64,000 bases of DNA from the human T2T-CHM13v2.0 reference genome, Homo sapiens. The position numbers and the translations under genes are program-made. The notes beneath the pieces were generated by a model, which searched no databases, was not told where the DNA came from, and worked only from the letters and a program-made list of their open reading frames with translations. Shown here piece by piece: positions 31,257 to 46,900 of the stretch. The stretch is taken from assembly GCF_009914755.1 (NCBI RefSeq), contig NC_060929.1. One strand, written 5' to 3'. Numbering within the stretch: the stretch's first letter is position 1; each line of letters starts with the position of its first letter.

Positions 31257-31733
31257 CAGTAGTTCAGTGACAGTATTAATTAAGAATGGGCCGTGCAGAA
31301 CAGGTTTGTCAGGGAAGAAGGCGAAGCGGTTAAAGAGGCAGTAATTTAGAGTATGATGATTTGCAGCTAGTTTTTGAGGTCAAGGAACTAAATTAGTTTC
31401 CTACTCAATCTTGTAACTGAAATGCAGTTTTGTTTTAATGGCACAGTGAACTAATTAGAAGAGCATCATTCTGTTGTAATATTATGTAAAGTGATGATTA
31501 ATTATACTCTAATGATTTTTTCCTTTTTGATAACTTTTCAACACATATTAAAATATTTCTGTAGGTAACTGTTCTTTTGTTATAAATTCTATAATAAAAA
31601 TTTCTCTAGAATGTAAGCTACACTAGAGCAGGGACATTCTGTTTAGTTTATTTTTGAATCCCGAATGTCTAGATTAATGCTGGTGCATATTAAACAATAC
31701 ATATTCTTAAATATTCTTAAATATAAATAGTAG

Positions 31734-32031
31734 GGCTGGGCGCGGTGGCTTATGCCTGTAATCCTAGCACTTTGGGAGGCCGAGGCAGGCAGATTGCCTG
31801 AGCTCAGGAGTTCAAGACCAGCCTGGGCAACATGGTGAAACCCCATCTCTACTAAAATATAAAAGAAATTAGCCGGGCATGGCAGCACGTGCCTGTAGTC
31901 CCAGCTACTCTGGAGGCTGAGGCAGGAGAATTGCTTGAACTCAGGAAGCGGAGGTTGTGGTGAGCCAAGATGGCGCCACTACACTCCAACACTCCAGCAC
32001 TCCAGCCTGCGTGGTAGAGAGTCCATCTCTA

Positions 32032-32078
<47 letters not shown>

Positions 32079-32080
32079 AA
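31734..32080 (+). mobile_element. AluS-like element with (TAAA)n tail
   Basis: ggctgggcgcggtggcttatgcctgtaatcc...; flanked by a duplicated TAAATAGTAG. Confidence 0.9.
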
Positions 32081-32216
32081 TAAATAGTAGAGGGAAAACC
32101 CCAAATGAGAATCCTATTTGGCTGATGGAATCTTGCTGAGGTTTCTTGATGACTTTTGGCCAGTTCTTAGAATTTTGATAGCTTTCTGTGTTCTGTGTGG
32201 ATCTTCTGTCTTTCAG

Positions 32217-32432
32217 TTCCAAATTCTCCACGTCTTGGGCCTAAGGTAGAAACTATTGCGCAACTAATTATCATTGCCAATGATGATGCATTTGGAACTC
32301 TTCAGCTCTCAGCACCAATTGTCCGAGTGGCAGAAAATCATGTTGGACCCATTATCAATGTGACTAGAACAGGAGGAGCATTTGCAGATGTCTCTGTGAA
32401 GTTTAAAGCTGTGCCAATAACTGCAATAGCTG
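32217..32432 (+). CDS. ADGRV1: ADGRV1 exon ~29 (216 nt)
   Basis: tttcag|TT; IPNSPRLG...VTRTGGAFADV...TAIA; donor G|GTAAGA; phase 1-1. Confidence 0.95.
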
Positions 32433-32637
32433 GTAAGAAAAGACATCTAAAAAGCAGTACATACAGAGGGATGTAAGCACAGAGGGACATGTATCCTTGA
32501 TTAACACAGCCTCTCAAAGTTGCAATTAGGATAATCAACTAGAAAACTAGAAATACTCTTGTATCTTTTTCAAGGGACAAATCTAGAGTCTTTTTTTTTG
32601 GGGGGGGGGATGGAGTCTCGCTTGATTTTACAATTTT

Positions 32638-34781
<2,144 letters not shown>

Positions 34782-34797
34782 TTGATTTTACAATTTT

Positions 34798-35061
34798 GTT
34801 TTGTTTTGTTTTGAGATGGAGTCTTGCTCTGTCACCCAGGGTGGAGTGCAGTGGTGTGATCTTGGCTCACTGCAATGTCCGCCTCCCGGGTTCAAGATTC
34901 TCCTGCCTCAGCCTTCCGGGTAGCTGGGACTACAAGCGTGTGCCACCATGCCCAGCTAATTTTTGTATTTTTTAGTAGAGATGGGATTTTACCATGTTGG
35001 CCAGGATGGTCTCGATCTCTTGACCTCATGATCCGCCCACCTTGGCCTCCCAAAGTGCTGG
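34798..35061 (-). mobile_element. AluSc-like element, (TTTTG)n tail, abutting the inverted-L1 TSD
   Basis: gagatggagtcttgctctgtcacc...ccaggatggtctcgatctcttgacc...ccaaagtgctgg. Confidence 0.88.
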
Positions 35062-36297
35062 TAGAGTTTTTATATATTTATGGCACTGAGCTTGTAGACT
35101 TTGCAAAAAGTTTTGGCCAAATTATCTATGAATTTGAAAGCTATGATGACCAAAATATGCACAAATCAATGAAAAGTAAACTGAGGAAAACACTGGTTTT
35201 CTCTGAGTGTACTCCTCATTTTTGAAAGGGATTCACTTGTAAATGACTACTGAGGAATGCAGGGAAAATGGGCAGCTACATGCTTTCAGTGCTTGGCAAC
35301 AGTCTTGTCTCTGGATCCCTTTATCTTCTTGCTTATTTATTTGTGAAGAGCAAGGAAGAGGCAACAGTTAGTATTAACTATTTTATATATAAGAAAATGA
35401 CTTCATTGCCAGATGTATATATAAGAAGACTGCCTACTTTGATAGTGCCGTCCCAGCATCCAGAGGGAGATTTGCCTGAGAACTATTCAATTCGAATCTT
35501 TCTAGTGTGCTTTCAGAGGAACAGGAATGTGAATGGATGGGATACTGTGCTTGATTTAAAAAAATAAATCATCTGGCCATAATACTTGCTTGAAAAGACA
35601 ATAAACCAGGCCCATCTAATACCTAACTGGTGTAGGCTGGGGTAGCTCCTAGGAATACCTGGCTGCCTGTAGAGGGCCTCACACACTGACAGATGGTGGG
35701 GATTGGTTAGTGTACTAAGACATTAGTCCTCAGTCTTCACATGAAGCACCCCTCCTTTCCCCACCCACCTTTTTTTTTTTTTTTTTTTTTTTCTCTCCTG
35801 CCATCCTGAGCAGTACTCAGTAGCGGCTTTCAATCTATGCAAGAAAGTCTTTTCATGTCCAGCTGTATCATTGATGATGCTAGCGTTCCCATATCTGTGC
35901 AGTGGTATAATTTATCTTTCCAGTGGCATTACAATTCTATTTCTGTTCTTTTTTCTAAAAGTACACATTTTTTTCTTGTAGTTAAGGGGGCCTATCTTGT
36001 AATGAATGATTCTCTATTTATATAAATAGACCAAATAGATATACATCTTTCTGAAAGTGAAGGAATGAACTTGAGCACCCCTAGGAAGTCTTTTTCGTTA
36101 TTTTGTGACATTATCAAACCCATTTTTCTACTGAGAGGCATAAAAGTCTTCTTGCTTAGAATAAATGTAGTCAATATCCTCAAAAAAGTATTTCCAAGTA
36201 GATCCATAAAGTTTGTTACCTGATAGTTTTTCCCTAGTATATGGAATGTTTTGATCATATTTTAGAAGTCTTAACATTTTACTTTTGGTCTTTTCAG

Positions 36298-36513
36298 GTG
36301 AAGATTATAGTATAGCTTCATCAGATGTGGTCTTGCTAGAAGGGGAAACCAGTAAAGCCGTGCCAATATATGTCATTAATGATATCTATCCTGAACTGGA
36401 AGAATCTTTTCTTGTGCAACTGATGAATGAAACAACAGGAGGAGCCAGACTAGGGGCTTTAACAGAGGCAGTCATTATTATTGAGGCCTCTGATGACCCC
36501 TATGGATTATTTG
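36298..36513 (+). CDS. ADGRV1: ADGRV1 exon ~30 (216 nt)
   Basis: tttcag|GT; GEDYSIASS...ASDDPYGLF; donor G|GTATGA; phase 1-1. Confidence 0.95.
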
Positions 36514-37233
36514 GTATGAAGACTAATTTATGTCTCTCTTTGACTTGTCTGCATGTATAGATCATAGATAATGATCTTTACTTTTGGAGACTCAGAATTG
36601 ATCTGATCATGCTTTCTTTCTTAACCTGCTGTTACTGACATATAGGACATCTGTACACAGTTATTGGCAGTTGTTAGTGATTGTTTAAAAAAGAAATTAA
36701 ATCAATCTCTTAGCATATGTGGAGAAGTCACGAACTATTGGCTTTAGGGTGTGACCTGGCTCCTATATGTGTTTTGTGAGTCTTAGGCAATTCTTTAGAA
36801 AAATAATTTAATTTATAGAAATTTACACAAAAATTTGGATTTCTGGGCTTTCTTGATAAATAGGAAATGTGGCAATATCAAGTTCCCTTTCCTGCATAAC
36901 ATCAGTCATGGGAACCAAATAGCAACTGCCCCTCTGGAGCAGGCTTGCACTGTGCAATCAGCTTCTGTGCTCACTGGACCTGTCACTCATGTCTGGTATA
37001 GACTTGAGCCCTATGGGCTTTGTGGTTTCTACTTCTATCACAGTGAAAAATAATTTGGAAATTTTGGCAGAGCAGACCAATTTGTATCACAGCATGTTAC
37101 TCTGGTTTTTGTGGGTTATAGCTACTTAGATTGCTTAGGGGGGAAGAGAATCCACTATAGGATGGTGCTTGGTTAACTGTTATCTCTGTTTCACTTTGTA
37201 TTTGAAATGAACTCTGCTCTGTCTACCCTTCAG

Positions 37234-37478
37234 GTTTTCAGATTACTAAACTTATTGTAGAGGAACCTGAGTTTAACTCAGTGAAGGTAAACCTGCCAAT
37301 AATTCGAAATTCTGGGACACTCGGCAATGTTACTGTTCAGTGGGTTGCCACCATTAATGGACAGCTTGCTACTGGCGACCTGCGAGTTGTCTCAGGTAAT
37401 GTGACCTTTGCCCCTGGGGAAACCATTCAAACCTTGTTGTTAGAGGTCCTGGCTGACGACGTTCCGGAGATTGAAGAG
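37234..37478 (+). CDS. ADGRV1: ADGRV1 exon ~31 (245 nt; internal alternative donor at 37395/37396)
   Basis: cttcag|GT; GFQITKLIVEEP...LADDVPEIEE; donor GAG|GTGAGA. Confidence 0.95.
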
Positions 37479-37812
37479 GTGAGAGGACTGGCTAGTATAG
37501 AATGACACTGTAAATCATACCGTATCTATAGTGACTAGAACAGATGGCCATTGTAACATTTTGGAGAGGATGTCAAATAAATTATTCCTGCAAGAATGTT
37601 CAAACTATGCTAGTGTGAAAGTGATCCTTACAGTTGACAAAAGCAGGAATATTCTAGAAATAGATTGTATACATATGCCAGTTTACTACTATAAGACTTT
37701 TTTGTACAATTAACTTGCATTGTTCAACATTTTGGTTAAAAGGTTAAATACATATATATATATGTATATACACATATATAGTCTTAATTTATAATACATT
37801 TGCTCTGTATAA

Positions 37813-38121
<309 letters not shown>

Positions 38122-39041
38122 TGTTCTGTATAAACTCTTAACTTATATTTATACTCCCTTTTGGCTTGGGTGTGAGCCAGTCAATCTTAAGTATTATTGT
38201 GGTTTTTCATTCATTCATTCATTCATTCACTTATTCTTCAACCATTGTTGAGAACTTACTATATGAAAAATAGCATGCGAGATGCATCTTCTTGATATTT
38301 CCTTTTCCTGATGAAGCAGCAAGGTAGCAAATATAAGTACAGTATCAGTGGAAAAGTTAATCACTAACATACATTGGCTGAAGATAATTTTATTGTATGA
38401 AATTCAAGTATTAACATTTAGATCTCATAAAATTACTTTTGATAGCATTTATTCTTTAATAGTATAAAATTTTATACAAGTTCATAAAATTTATTTTGAA
38501 TGCTAATTGTGCCATTTTTCACTTCTAAAATATTAGATATTCATTAGCACATAAAAAACATTTCTGTTTTTTTCTCTCTAAATTTAGGTGGCATTACAGT
38601 ATGTTTTTGTTTTAAATTTTGTCAAATAATTTTATTTAAGATAATGTGGGAAATAAAGCATAGTATATTAACGCTCCATTAAAATGTATATTTCAGATTT
38701 TTTTTAAAAAAGTTATAGGACGTAAAAGTACTATTATTGAAATGGTAAACATAAACAGGGATATTAAAATTGAGTCACATGATTATATAACAATATTAAG
38801 GAGTTTAAACAGCCTGTATGTCTTATATATAACTAGGTTCTGTTATTAAATGTTGATGATGGGTTATTCTGTTACATGCTGGGTTTGTAAGTGTAATTGG
38901 GGAGTTCTTTTAGTCCATTTATATTTCATTCCATTTTGTTCTTGTACTTGTATGTATATGTTTGATTTTTTTCCCTTGAATCATTTTTATTCTAATTTCA
39001 GAACTGTGATGCTGTTAAGGAAGTTTTCACTGTATTTTTAG

Positions 39042-39223
39042 GTTATCCAAGTGCAACTAACTGATGCCTCTGGTGGAGGTACTATTGGGTTAGATCGAAT
39101 TGCAAATATTATTATTCCTGCCAATGATGATCCTTATGGTACAGTAGCCTTTGCTCAGATGGTTTATCGTGTTCAAGAGCCTCTGGAAAGAAGTTCCTGT
39201 GCTAATATAACTGTCAGGCGAAG
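39042..39223 (+). CDS. ADGRV1: ADGRV1 exon ~32 (182 nt)
   Basis: ttttag|GTT; VIQVQLTDASGGG...NITVRR; donor AG|GTATAT, phase 2. Confidence 0.95.
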
Positions 39224-39656
39224 GTATATGAGATAGCTACTTGCCTCTGTGGGAGTGATGAGAATTGTGGGGTGGTGGGGAAGGATCCCTTGCACAGTTA
39301 AATCATTTAGGTTTTGTGGTTTTTTCTATGCCATAAATTATTTTATAGGTTATTTTAATGTGTTAACTGAATTATGCTTATTAGTATAAAGGGCCTTTCA
39401 TTTATCATACCTATTGTTAGTGAAATGGGTAATAAATTTTACATCACTGAGCTCTCTAACCCCAGAAATGCATTGCTCTAATCTGTAATTTGTTACAATT
39501 AGTACTTAAATATAACTGGCTTTTAAATTAAAGAGCATTTGTATGATGTATGAAGGAGCTGATTTCCAGGTCTGTTTTTTTTTTCTTTTTTTGTGAGGCA
39601 GCATTGGGCTCACTGAGCTCCTTCAGAAATAGAAAACAGGATCTTGGGAACTTGTG

Positions 39657-39968
39657 ACAAGTCCCTGGTATCCACAGGGAATTGATTGCAGGTCCTTGGA
39701 TATAACAAAATCCTTGGATGCTCCCCTTTAATATAAAGTGGTGTAAAATATAATATTTGCATATAACCTATGCACAGTCATCCATATACTTTAAATCATC
39801 TCTAGATTACTTATAATACCTAATACAATGTAAATGCTATATAAATAGTTGCTATACTGGACTGGTTTTTAAAGTTTGTATTTTTTAAATTTTTTTTTTT
39901 CTGAATATTTTTGATCTGCGGTCTTGAATCCACAGATGTAGAACCTGTGGATAGGGAGGGCTGACTGT
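39657..39968. mobile_element. MER2 (TcMar-Tigger derivative)
   Basis: tttgcatataacctatgcac...atactttaaatcatctctagattacttataatacctaatacaatgtaaatgctat; end gagggctgactgt. Confidence 0.8.
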
Positions 39969-40326
39969 TACTACATTTCCTCAAAATGTAGTCATGTTTG
40001 TTATCATTGTTACTTTGTTTCAGTTAAGTAAAGCAATAAAAATTAACTTTGTAATTTTGTTTTGAAACCCTGAATTTGCATACCTTGGAAAATATTTTCA
40101 TAGCTTGGTTAAAAATAAGTGTTGTTTGATTGAAAATTAGCAAGGTTTCCTCACAGGAGAAAACAAAATGTTGGGAGACAAGTGTAATTAAGAAACAGGA
40201 TTGTGTTTGTACTATGACTTTAAACATTTTTTTAAAAAACTAAAGACCACAGTCAGCATTCCTCTTCTCTATTTGTAATTACTTTGAGTGCTTAACCTGT
40301 CTTTTAATTGTCACTCCACATTTTAG

Positions 40327-41138
40327 CGGAGGGCACTTTGGTCGGCTGTTGTTGTTCTACAGTACTTCCGACATTGATGTAGTGGCTCTGGCAATGGAGG
40401 AAGGTCAAGATTTACTGTCCTACTATGAATCTCCAATTCAAGGGGTGCCTGACCCACTTTGGAGAACTTGGATGAATGTCTCTGCCGTGGGGGAGCCCCT
40501 GTATACCTGTGCCACTTTGTGCCTTAAGGAACAAGCTTGCTCAGCGTTTTCATTTTTCAGTGCTTCTGAGGGTCCCCAGTGTTTCTGGATGACATCATGG
40601 ATCAGCCCAGCTGTCAACAATTCAGACTTCTGGACCTACAGGAAAAACATGACCAGGGTAGCATCTCTTTTTAGTGGTCAGGCTGTGGCTGGGAGTGACT
40701 ATGAGCCTGTGACAAGGCAATGGGCCATAATGCAGGAAGGTGATGAATTCGCAAATCTCACAGTGTCTATTCTTCCTGATGATTTCCCAGAGATGGATGA
40801 GAGTTTTCTAATTTCTCTCCTTGAAGTTCACCTCATGAACATTTCAGCCAGTTTGAAAAATCAGCCAACCATAGGACAGCCAAATATTTCTACAGTTGTC
40901 ATAGCACTAAATGGTGATGCCTTTGGAGTGTTTGTGATCTACAATATTAGTCCCAATACTTCCGAAGATGGCTTATTTGTTGAAGTTCAGGAGCAGCCCC
41001 AAACCTTGGTGGAGCTGATGATACACAGGACAGGGGGCAGCTTAGGTCAAGTGGCAGTCGAATGGCGTGTTGTTGGTGGAACAGCTACTGAAGGTTTAGA
41101 TTTTATAGGTGCTGGAGAGATTCTGACCTTTGCTGAAG
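40327..41138 (+). CDS. ADGRV1: ADGRV1 exon ~33 (812 nt)
   Basis: ttttag|C; SGGHFGRLLLFYST...ILTFAE; donor G|GTGAGC. Confidence 0.96.
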
Positions 41139-43373
41139 GTGAGCAATGGTTCTAAATGAATTTCCGTTGCCCCAGTAAAGTCATCATAGTCCATTTTTAT
41201 GATAAAATTTATAAGAATTCTTACTGTGTACATTCTTGTTAATATACAGAAATGTAGTTTGGCTTTAGAAAAAAATAGAAGTTAATTGGCTTGTTAATGG
41301 TTGACATGACATACATAGACTGACATGACTGTACATATATATCTTTTTAGTTTAAAAAATAGATTTTCCGGGAATATGTGAATTTTATCCCTTTATGTTT
41401 GATAGTAGTGTCTTTGACAAAGCACAGAGGAAACTATAAGGCAAGTTCTAATTTTGTAAGGGAAATTTTAATAATGACCCATGTACTTACAACCATACAT
41501 GTTGGTAAGAAGCAGTGGTAGCTAGGAAAATGAGTATTAATTGATAAACATTTTCATATGCACTAGACAAATCAGGAAATATCATCAGAGAAAATTATTT
41601 GTAAGTAAAAGTAGCATAAACTTTGGTGACTGCATTTATATTACATTAATCCTAATGATAAATTTATAATACTGTTCCTACACTTGAGATCACTATTGTA
41701 AAATTTCATAAACAATATACTGATATTTTACATGATCAGCTAATTAGAATTAGGATCAGATTGAGTGGTTCTTTTTCAGGACTGGTTGACTCGTGTGCTA
41801 TTTAAAATTGGGAAAGTTAGTATGTTTAAAATAGTTTTCTCTGGGTGTGGGACAGGTATCTTTATTGAGATTATTGATTACATCCTCATTTGGGCAGTTA
41901 TATATTCCACAAAATTTTAAAAAACATAGTGCTTTTCTGGTTGAAAAAGTAATGTATACTCTAAAAACCTCAAAATATACAACAAAATGCAGGAAAGAAA
42001 CTTTGTTCCTAATTCTATATTTTAGAACAATCCATTGTATTTGTTGTTTAACTTTTTAAGGCATATACTTTTTTTTGGAAACTAATTAGAGGTCATGGTA
42101 CATATGTAATACGCTTTTTGAAACACATAATAATCATTATGTTTTAGAGTAAATTTTAAAAATTGTATAAAATATTTTTATTATGGTTATTTTCTAGTCA
42201 GTGATTTGAGGATTTAGTGGGATATGATATGCTTGACGGAAGATGGGAACAGGTTAGTAATTGGTAACTTTTCTATTTCAAAAGGAATAATGAAAATGTG
42301 ACGAGGAGGGAGTGGAAATGAAAATATAAAGTTGGATTTTTCCAGTGGTTATGTTAACTACAAAGAAAGTTATATATAAAGAAATAGCATTATATAAATT
42401 ACCATTACCATGAATTATAACCTTAGCATCACACAAAATGGACTCTATTGCTAACTTAGATTCTTAGATAATGCAGACTCTCTTAAAGCAATCTTGACAC
42501 TGCTGTATTGATGAAAATGCAGCAGGGTCACAAAAGAGAGAACATGCATTTAATCTCCTTTCTCCTTTTCCCTGCCTTTTCTTTTCCCACTCCTTCATTG
42601 TCTCTCCAGAAAGTGGGGAGAAAATAAATAGGGGACACCTTAGGCTGAATGGCAGAAAGTATTGGATTTAGGGACATTCTGTGGTGCCCTATCTACTAGA
42701 TCAAATTGCAAAGTAGATTGCTTGGACTTTTGTTGCTGTCACTTGTCCCTTTGAGTTCCTCTTTTGTTTTCTTCCTTCATTGCACTACTTCCTGGAGACT
42801 GGTACTTGATGCTGTCATCTCATCGAGTTACTCAAAGATGCATCTCATTTAGGCTGGTTCTTTTGCTCAGAATTTGACATCCCTTTTTAGTTCCTCATTT
42901 TGACCACGATTCCCTAAGTGTTCCTGGTTTTTCAGGAAGGTATTGTGTTGATATCTGATTAAAATTATCACAGTAATGCCAGAATGAGAATGAGACTCCA
43001 CTTTCCTAAAGGGAGTTGTTTCTAAACAGGATATCTTTGGAGCTCTTTTCCTAGCTAGGTCACTGTTCTTGGCTAACAACCAGGAAGTAAAGCCATGATT
43101 CTTTGAAACAATTCTACCTTTTAACTTTCCCATAATTCAAAATGTCCTTCTCCACAATCTGTCTTCATTAATGAAATTTTACAGTGTTTGATATGTGAAA
43201 AGATATATATATATATAATTAAAATTTGCTTATGTTGCCCATGATATGGAACTGTTATAATTCACTCATATTTTTATTTAACTTTTAAACATAGAAATTA
43301 TTTTGGGCCTTTCTGAGTTCTCTGTGTTGGTGATTTTGTTACTTTGGTTTTTATTCCATTGATGTTTTTATAG

Positions 43374-43583
43374 GTGAAACCAAAAAGACAGTCATTTTAA
43401 CCATCTTGGATGACTCTGAACCAGAGGATGACGAAAGTATCATAGTTAGTTTGGTGTACACTGAAGGTGGAAGTAGAATTTTGCCAAGCTCCGACACTGT
43501 TAGAGTGAACATTTTGGCCAATGACAATGTGGCAGGAATTGTTAGCTTTCAGACAGCTTCCAGATCTGTCATAGGTCATGAAG
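43374..43583 (+). CDS. ADGRV1: ADGRV1 exon ~34 (210 nt)
   Basis: ttatag|GT; GETKKTVILTILDDSEPEDDES...VIGHE; donor G|GTGGGT. Confidence 0.95.
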
Positions 43584-43769
43584 GTGGGTTCCTTTTTTTG
43601 TTAAGCATATTCATTTTCTTTTCTATGGATGTTGTCTTTTGTCTAGTTCTTTAAAACTTGATAGTTTTTCCCTTTCATTATTTTGTTGAACTGTGTGTGT
43701 GTTAATCTGCATAGAACTTCTTTGGGAGAAGGCTTTATAATGAACTGTTTAGCCAGATTTAGGAGCCTT

Positions 43770-43960
43770 GCAAACCAATACCATGTTCTAGCTTGCCATT
43801 CTCTACTGGTATGATTTTAAGGAAGTTAAACCTGAAATGCTTAGTTTTCCCATTTGTTAAATGATTCAAAATATTACTTCATAGGTTTCTTTGTGAGGAT
43901 TAAATGAGCTAATAAAGGTAAAGTGCTTAGCATAGTTCCTGGCAAGTATAGCGTATGCCC
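43770..43960. mobile_element. MIR SINE remnant (others likely near 2700, 25350, 44380, 44780, 54750, 56380)
   Basis: cttagttttcccatttgttaaatg...gtgaggattaaatgagctaata...aagtgcttagcatagttcctggca, MIR core-like. Confidence 0.6.
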
Positions 43961-46900
43961 AAGGGTAGCTGTTGGTATCAAACAGTGAAACATTGGTAAC
44001 CGGTTAAAAACAAGTAATAGTTTGTAATCAGTGAATATTTTAGCCTGGATTTTATATTGTGTTTGTACATTTTATGAACAAAGTGCCAAACCTTATAAAA
44101 TTTCTTTTTTTCCTTAAAAAACAGTAATTTTCTTGAATTCTTACTTAATATTTTACATCATATGTAGGGTTTTGCATAGATGGGCTAATTTTTGTGTGTT
44201 TAAAACATAACAGTGTTTTTGTCTTCGAGTAAGCCTGTTTTGGGGTAAATAGGTATTGGTAGCCTGTGTTTCATTACATAGTTTATCTGGAATTAAAAAA
44301 ATAATTTTACCTTGAATAGTTAATAAATGAAAAGGATATAGATTGTGTACTTGGACATCTATTTAATAGATGAGAAAACAAATTGAGACATAGAGAGATT
44401 AAAAGACTTGACAGTGTCAGATGGTTAGTGGCTGTGCCAGAAACAGAATGTATTTTACTGTATTACCTTTTCCCTTACTGTACTTCCAACTTGCAAGTTT
44501 ATTTATCCATGCAAATATTCGAGCCATTTTCAGTACTCTACTTTTATTAACGGTTTGGAATTGCATGTTGTCATAGCAGTAATGAGTAAAAGTGAATAAT
44601 TCCATAAATCTAACCTAAAGACAGATCATCAACTATCAAAAAGTTATTTGTAACATAATACAGAGTTACTGCAGGAATAGTTAATAATAATGACAACAGT
44701 AACACTTACGGAGTGTTTTCTGTGTGGCAGACACTCCACCTTCATTATTTCACTTAAGTTTAACAGCAGTCCTATGATATAGGTATAATTGTATACACCA
44801 GATTTTCATACAAGGAAACTGAATTTGAGAGAGACTAAATAGCAACAATTATTCAGTGGTAGTGCTTATGCCCAGCTGTGTCAAATCCAAAGCCCATGCT
44901 ATATAGGGCACCTAGTGAGGAGAGACTTTGTTTTGCTTGAACTCACGTCTGCTGCAGAACCTGGCAATGCAGGGACTTTTGGTAAATATTTGAAGTTATT
45001 TGAGTTGGAAGCATAATGAATTTGAGTAGCAGTGCCTGTGTGAGGGAAGGAAATTAGTGAGAGAACCTGACTCTGTTTCAGGTTAAAGATGGACATTGGT
45101 TAAAGATGATAGCTGAAATCTGGAAAATGAATATGATGACTTTTGTGGACAGAGGAAAAAAAAGCAAATTATCGGAATGGAACCATGAAGAACATCAGAC
45201 TAAGGTGCTGGGAAAGAAAAAATTACCTGAGAGGAGAGAGAAGCCTTTGCTGGAGAGGCAGGGAGAAACCAGGGAGAGAGTGTGTTTTCAATCAGTTACA
45301 CTGATTACTCCGTAATCAGTGAGTAATCAGTAATCAGTGTGTCTCATACTAACATGGCCAAAAAGGGGAGTTAGATCTCAAATGGGCCAAATAAAACAGT
45401 GGCAATGGTAGATGAATTTTAAAGGAGTATTGGGGATAGGAAGCAAATATCTAAGGATGACAAACATAGAGGTCTTCAGGGGTTCCTCCTCAATGTGGCT
45501 TTCAGGAGGCTGCCTGTTCAGTGTTTGCTTCTGGTCTGTGACAAGAGGATTGGAAACTCTTTTAACAATTTCACTTTGCTGTGATATCCAAAAGCAGTAT
45601 CTATGGGCTGGTATTTTGTATGTCTTTTTTGTTTGCGTTAGTTTTTTGCTATTTAACTTATCTAGTCATTTATTTTATTCTGTTTTATAAGAGGGTCAGC
45701 CTCTAATGGATTAAGGCAAACAAAACAAAACACAAATCCCTGTCCTTCACAGCATGAAGTTTTGAGAAGCACTGCTTATTGGCTATAACAGCAAGGAGAG
45801 GAGAAGCATTGGATAGAACAGATGACGGGAGCATTTTGGATTTGTTTTGTTGAAGAAATAGGGGGAAGGAAAAGAGAATCAAAGTATTAGTGGTATGGAA
45901 GGTACAAACAAGAGCTGAGATCAGGAAAGGATAGACGAGATTTAAGGAGGGACTTAGAGCTATACTAGGCATGCACTTTTCAGCAGTGTGATGAAATTTC
46001 TTTTCTAAGGAATACAAAACAATTTGGATGTCTAGGATCAATTTAATGAATTTTAACTGTAGGGCCACTAATGTTGTGAAAGTGCATCCTATGAGCCTGG
46101 ATGGTGGTGCTAGTGGTGAGTTGGAGGGCTCTGAAGACACGGAGGCCCTCCTGCTGGGTACCACAACATCTTGGAGAAACTGCAGATATGAACACCTACA
46201 GTCTGTTTGGCCCAGATGAACTTCACCTGAAAACAATATTGTAGCCTCGTCAGTTTCCAACAGCTAATTATCTGCAGGAGAGGCAAAGAGGAAAGATTAT
46301 TAATTAAAATAAATGGTCCAAAGGTGTTATTGGTTAAAAATCTGCTTTAGCATATCAATCTAAAACACCAAATTGCTTTTCTTGCTGGCATGAGTGCTCC
46401 CTAGATTTTTTATGTTTTCTACATAAAAGTTGGAGTCAATTTCTATTTTTTACTTACTTTTTTCTCTTCATTCCTAAGCCTTTTCCTAGATTATAAATTA
46501 TTTTTTTCAAAAACATATTAAGCCACAATAGTTCAGTATTTTGTGTATGCTTTATATTACCATGAAAATTGCACAGAGAAATGTGTATCATGATGATTTT
46601 ATGAAAGTGAATTAATGAAAACATCATGGTGATTCTTCAGAGATAACCGCTAAACAAATGGGGTGAAAATAATTGTGCCATGTGAGCTTTTAACAGTGTT
46701 AACGTTGCTTTTAGCCTAGTGTTGGAGTTTCATTTATGTGATTAGATTTAAAATGTGGACTATGCTGAACTTCTGGCTCTAGAATGCATTTTTGATTCAT
46801 GGGAGGAATTGCCTTAGTCTCTAACAATGTATTGAATTCTGTAGAATCCTATTTCTACATTTTGTCCTAATGCAGTTGGAGAGCTGCCCAGTGGTAAATA

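Noticed and set aside
45703-46260. 185-aa minus-strand ORF and overlapping 63-aa plus ORF; possible 53-nt cryptic exon 46063-46115 (tag|...|GTGAGT)
   Set aside because: No recognisable domain, no ATG start evident for the long ORF, and a weak pyrimidine tract; nothing beyond chance supports them.
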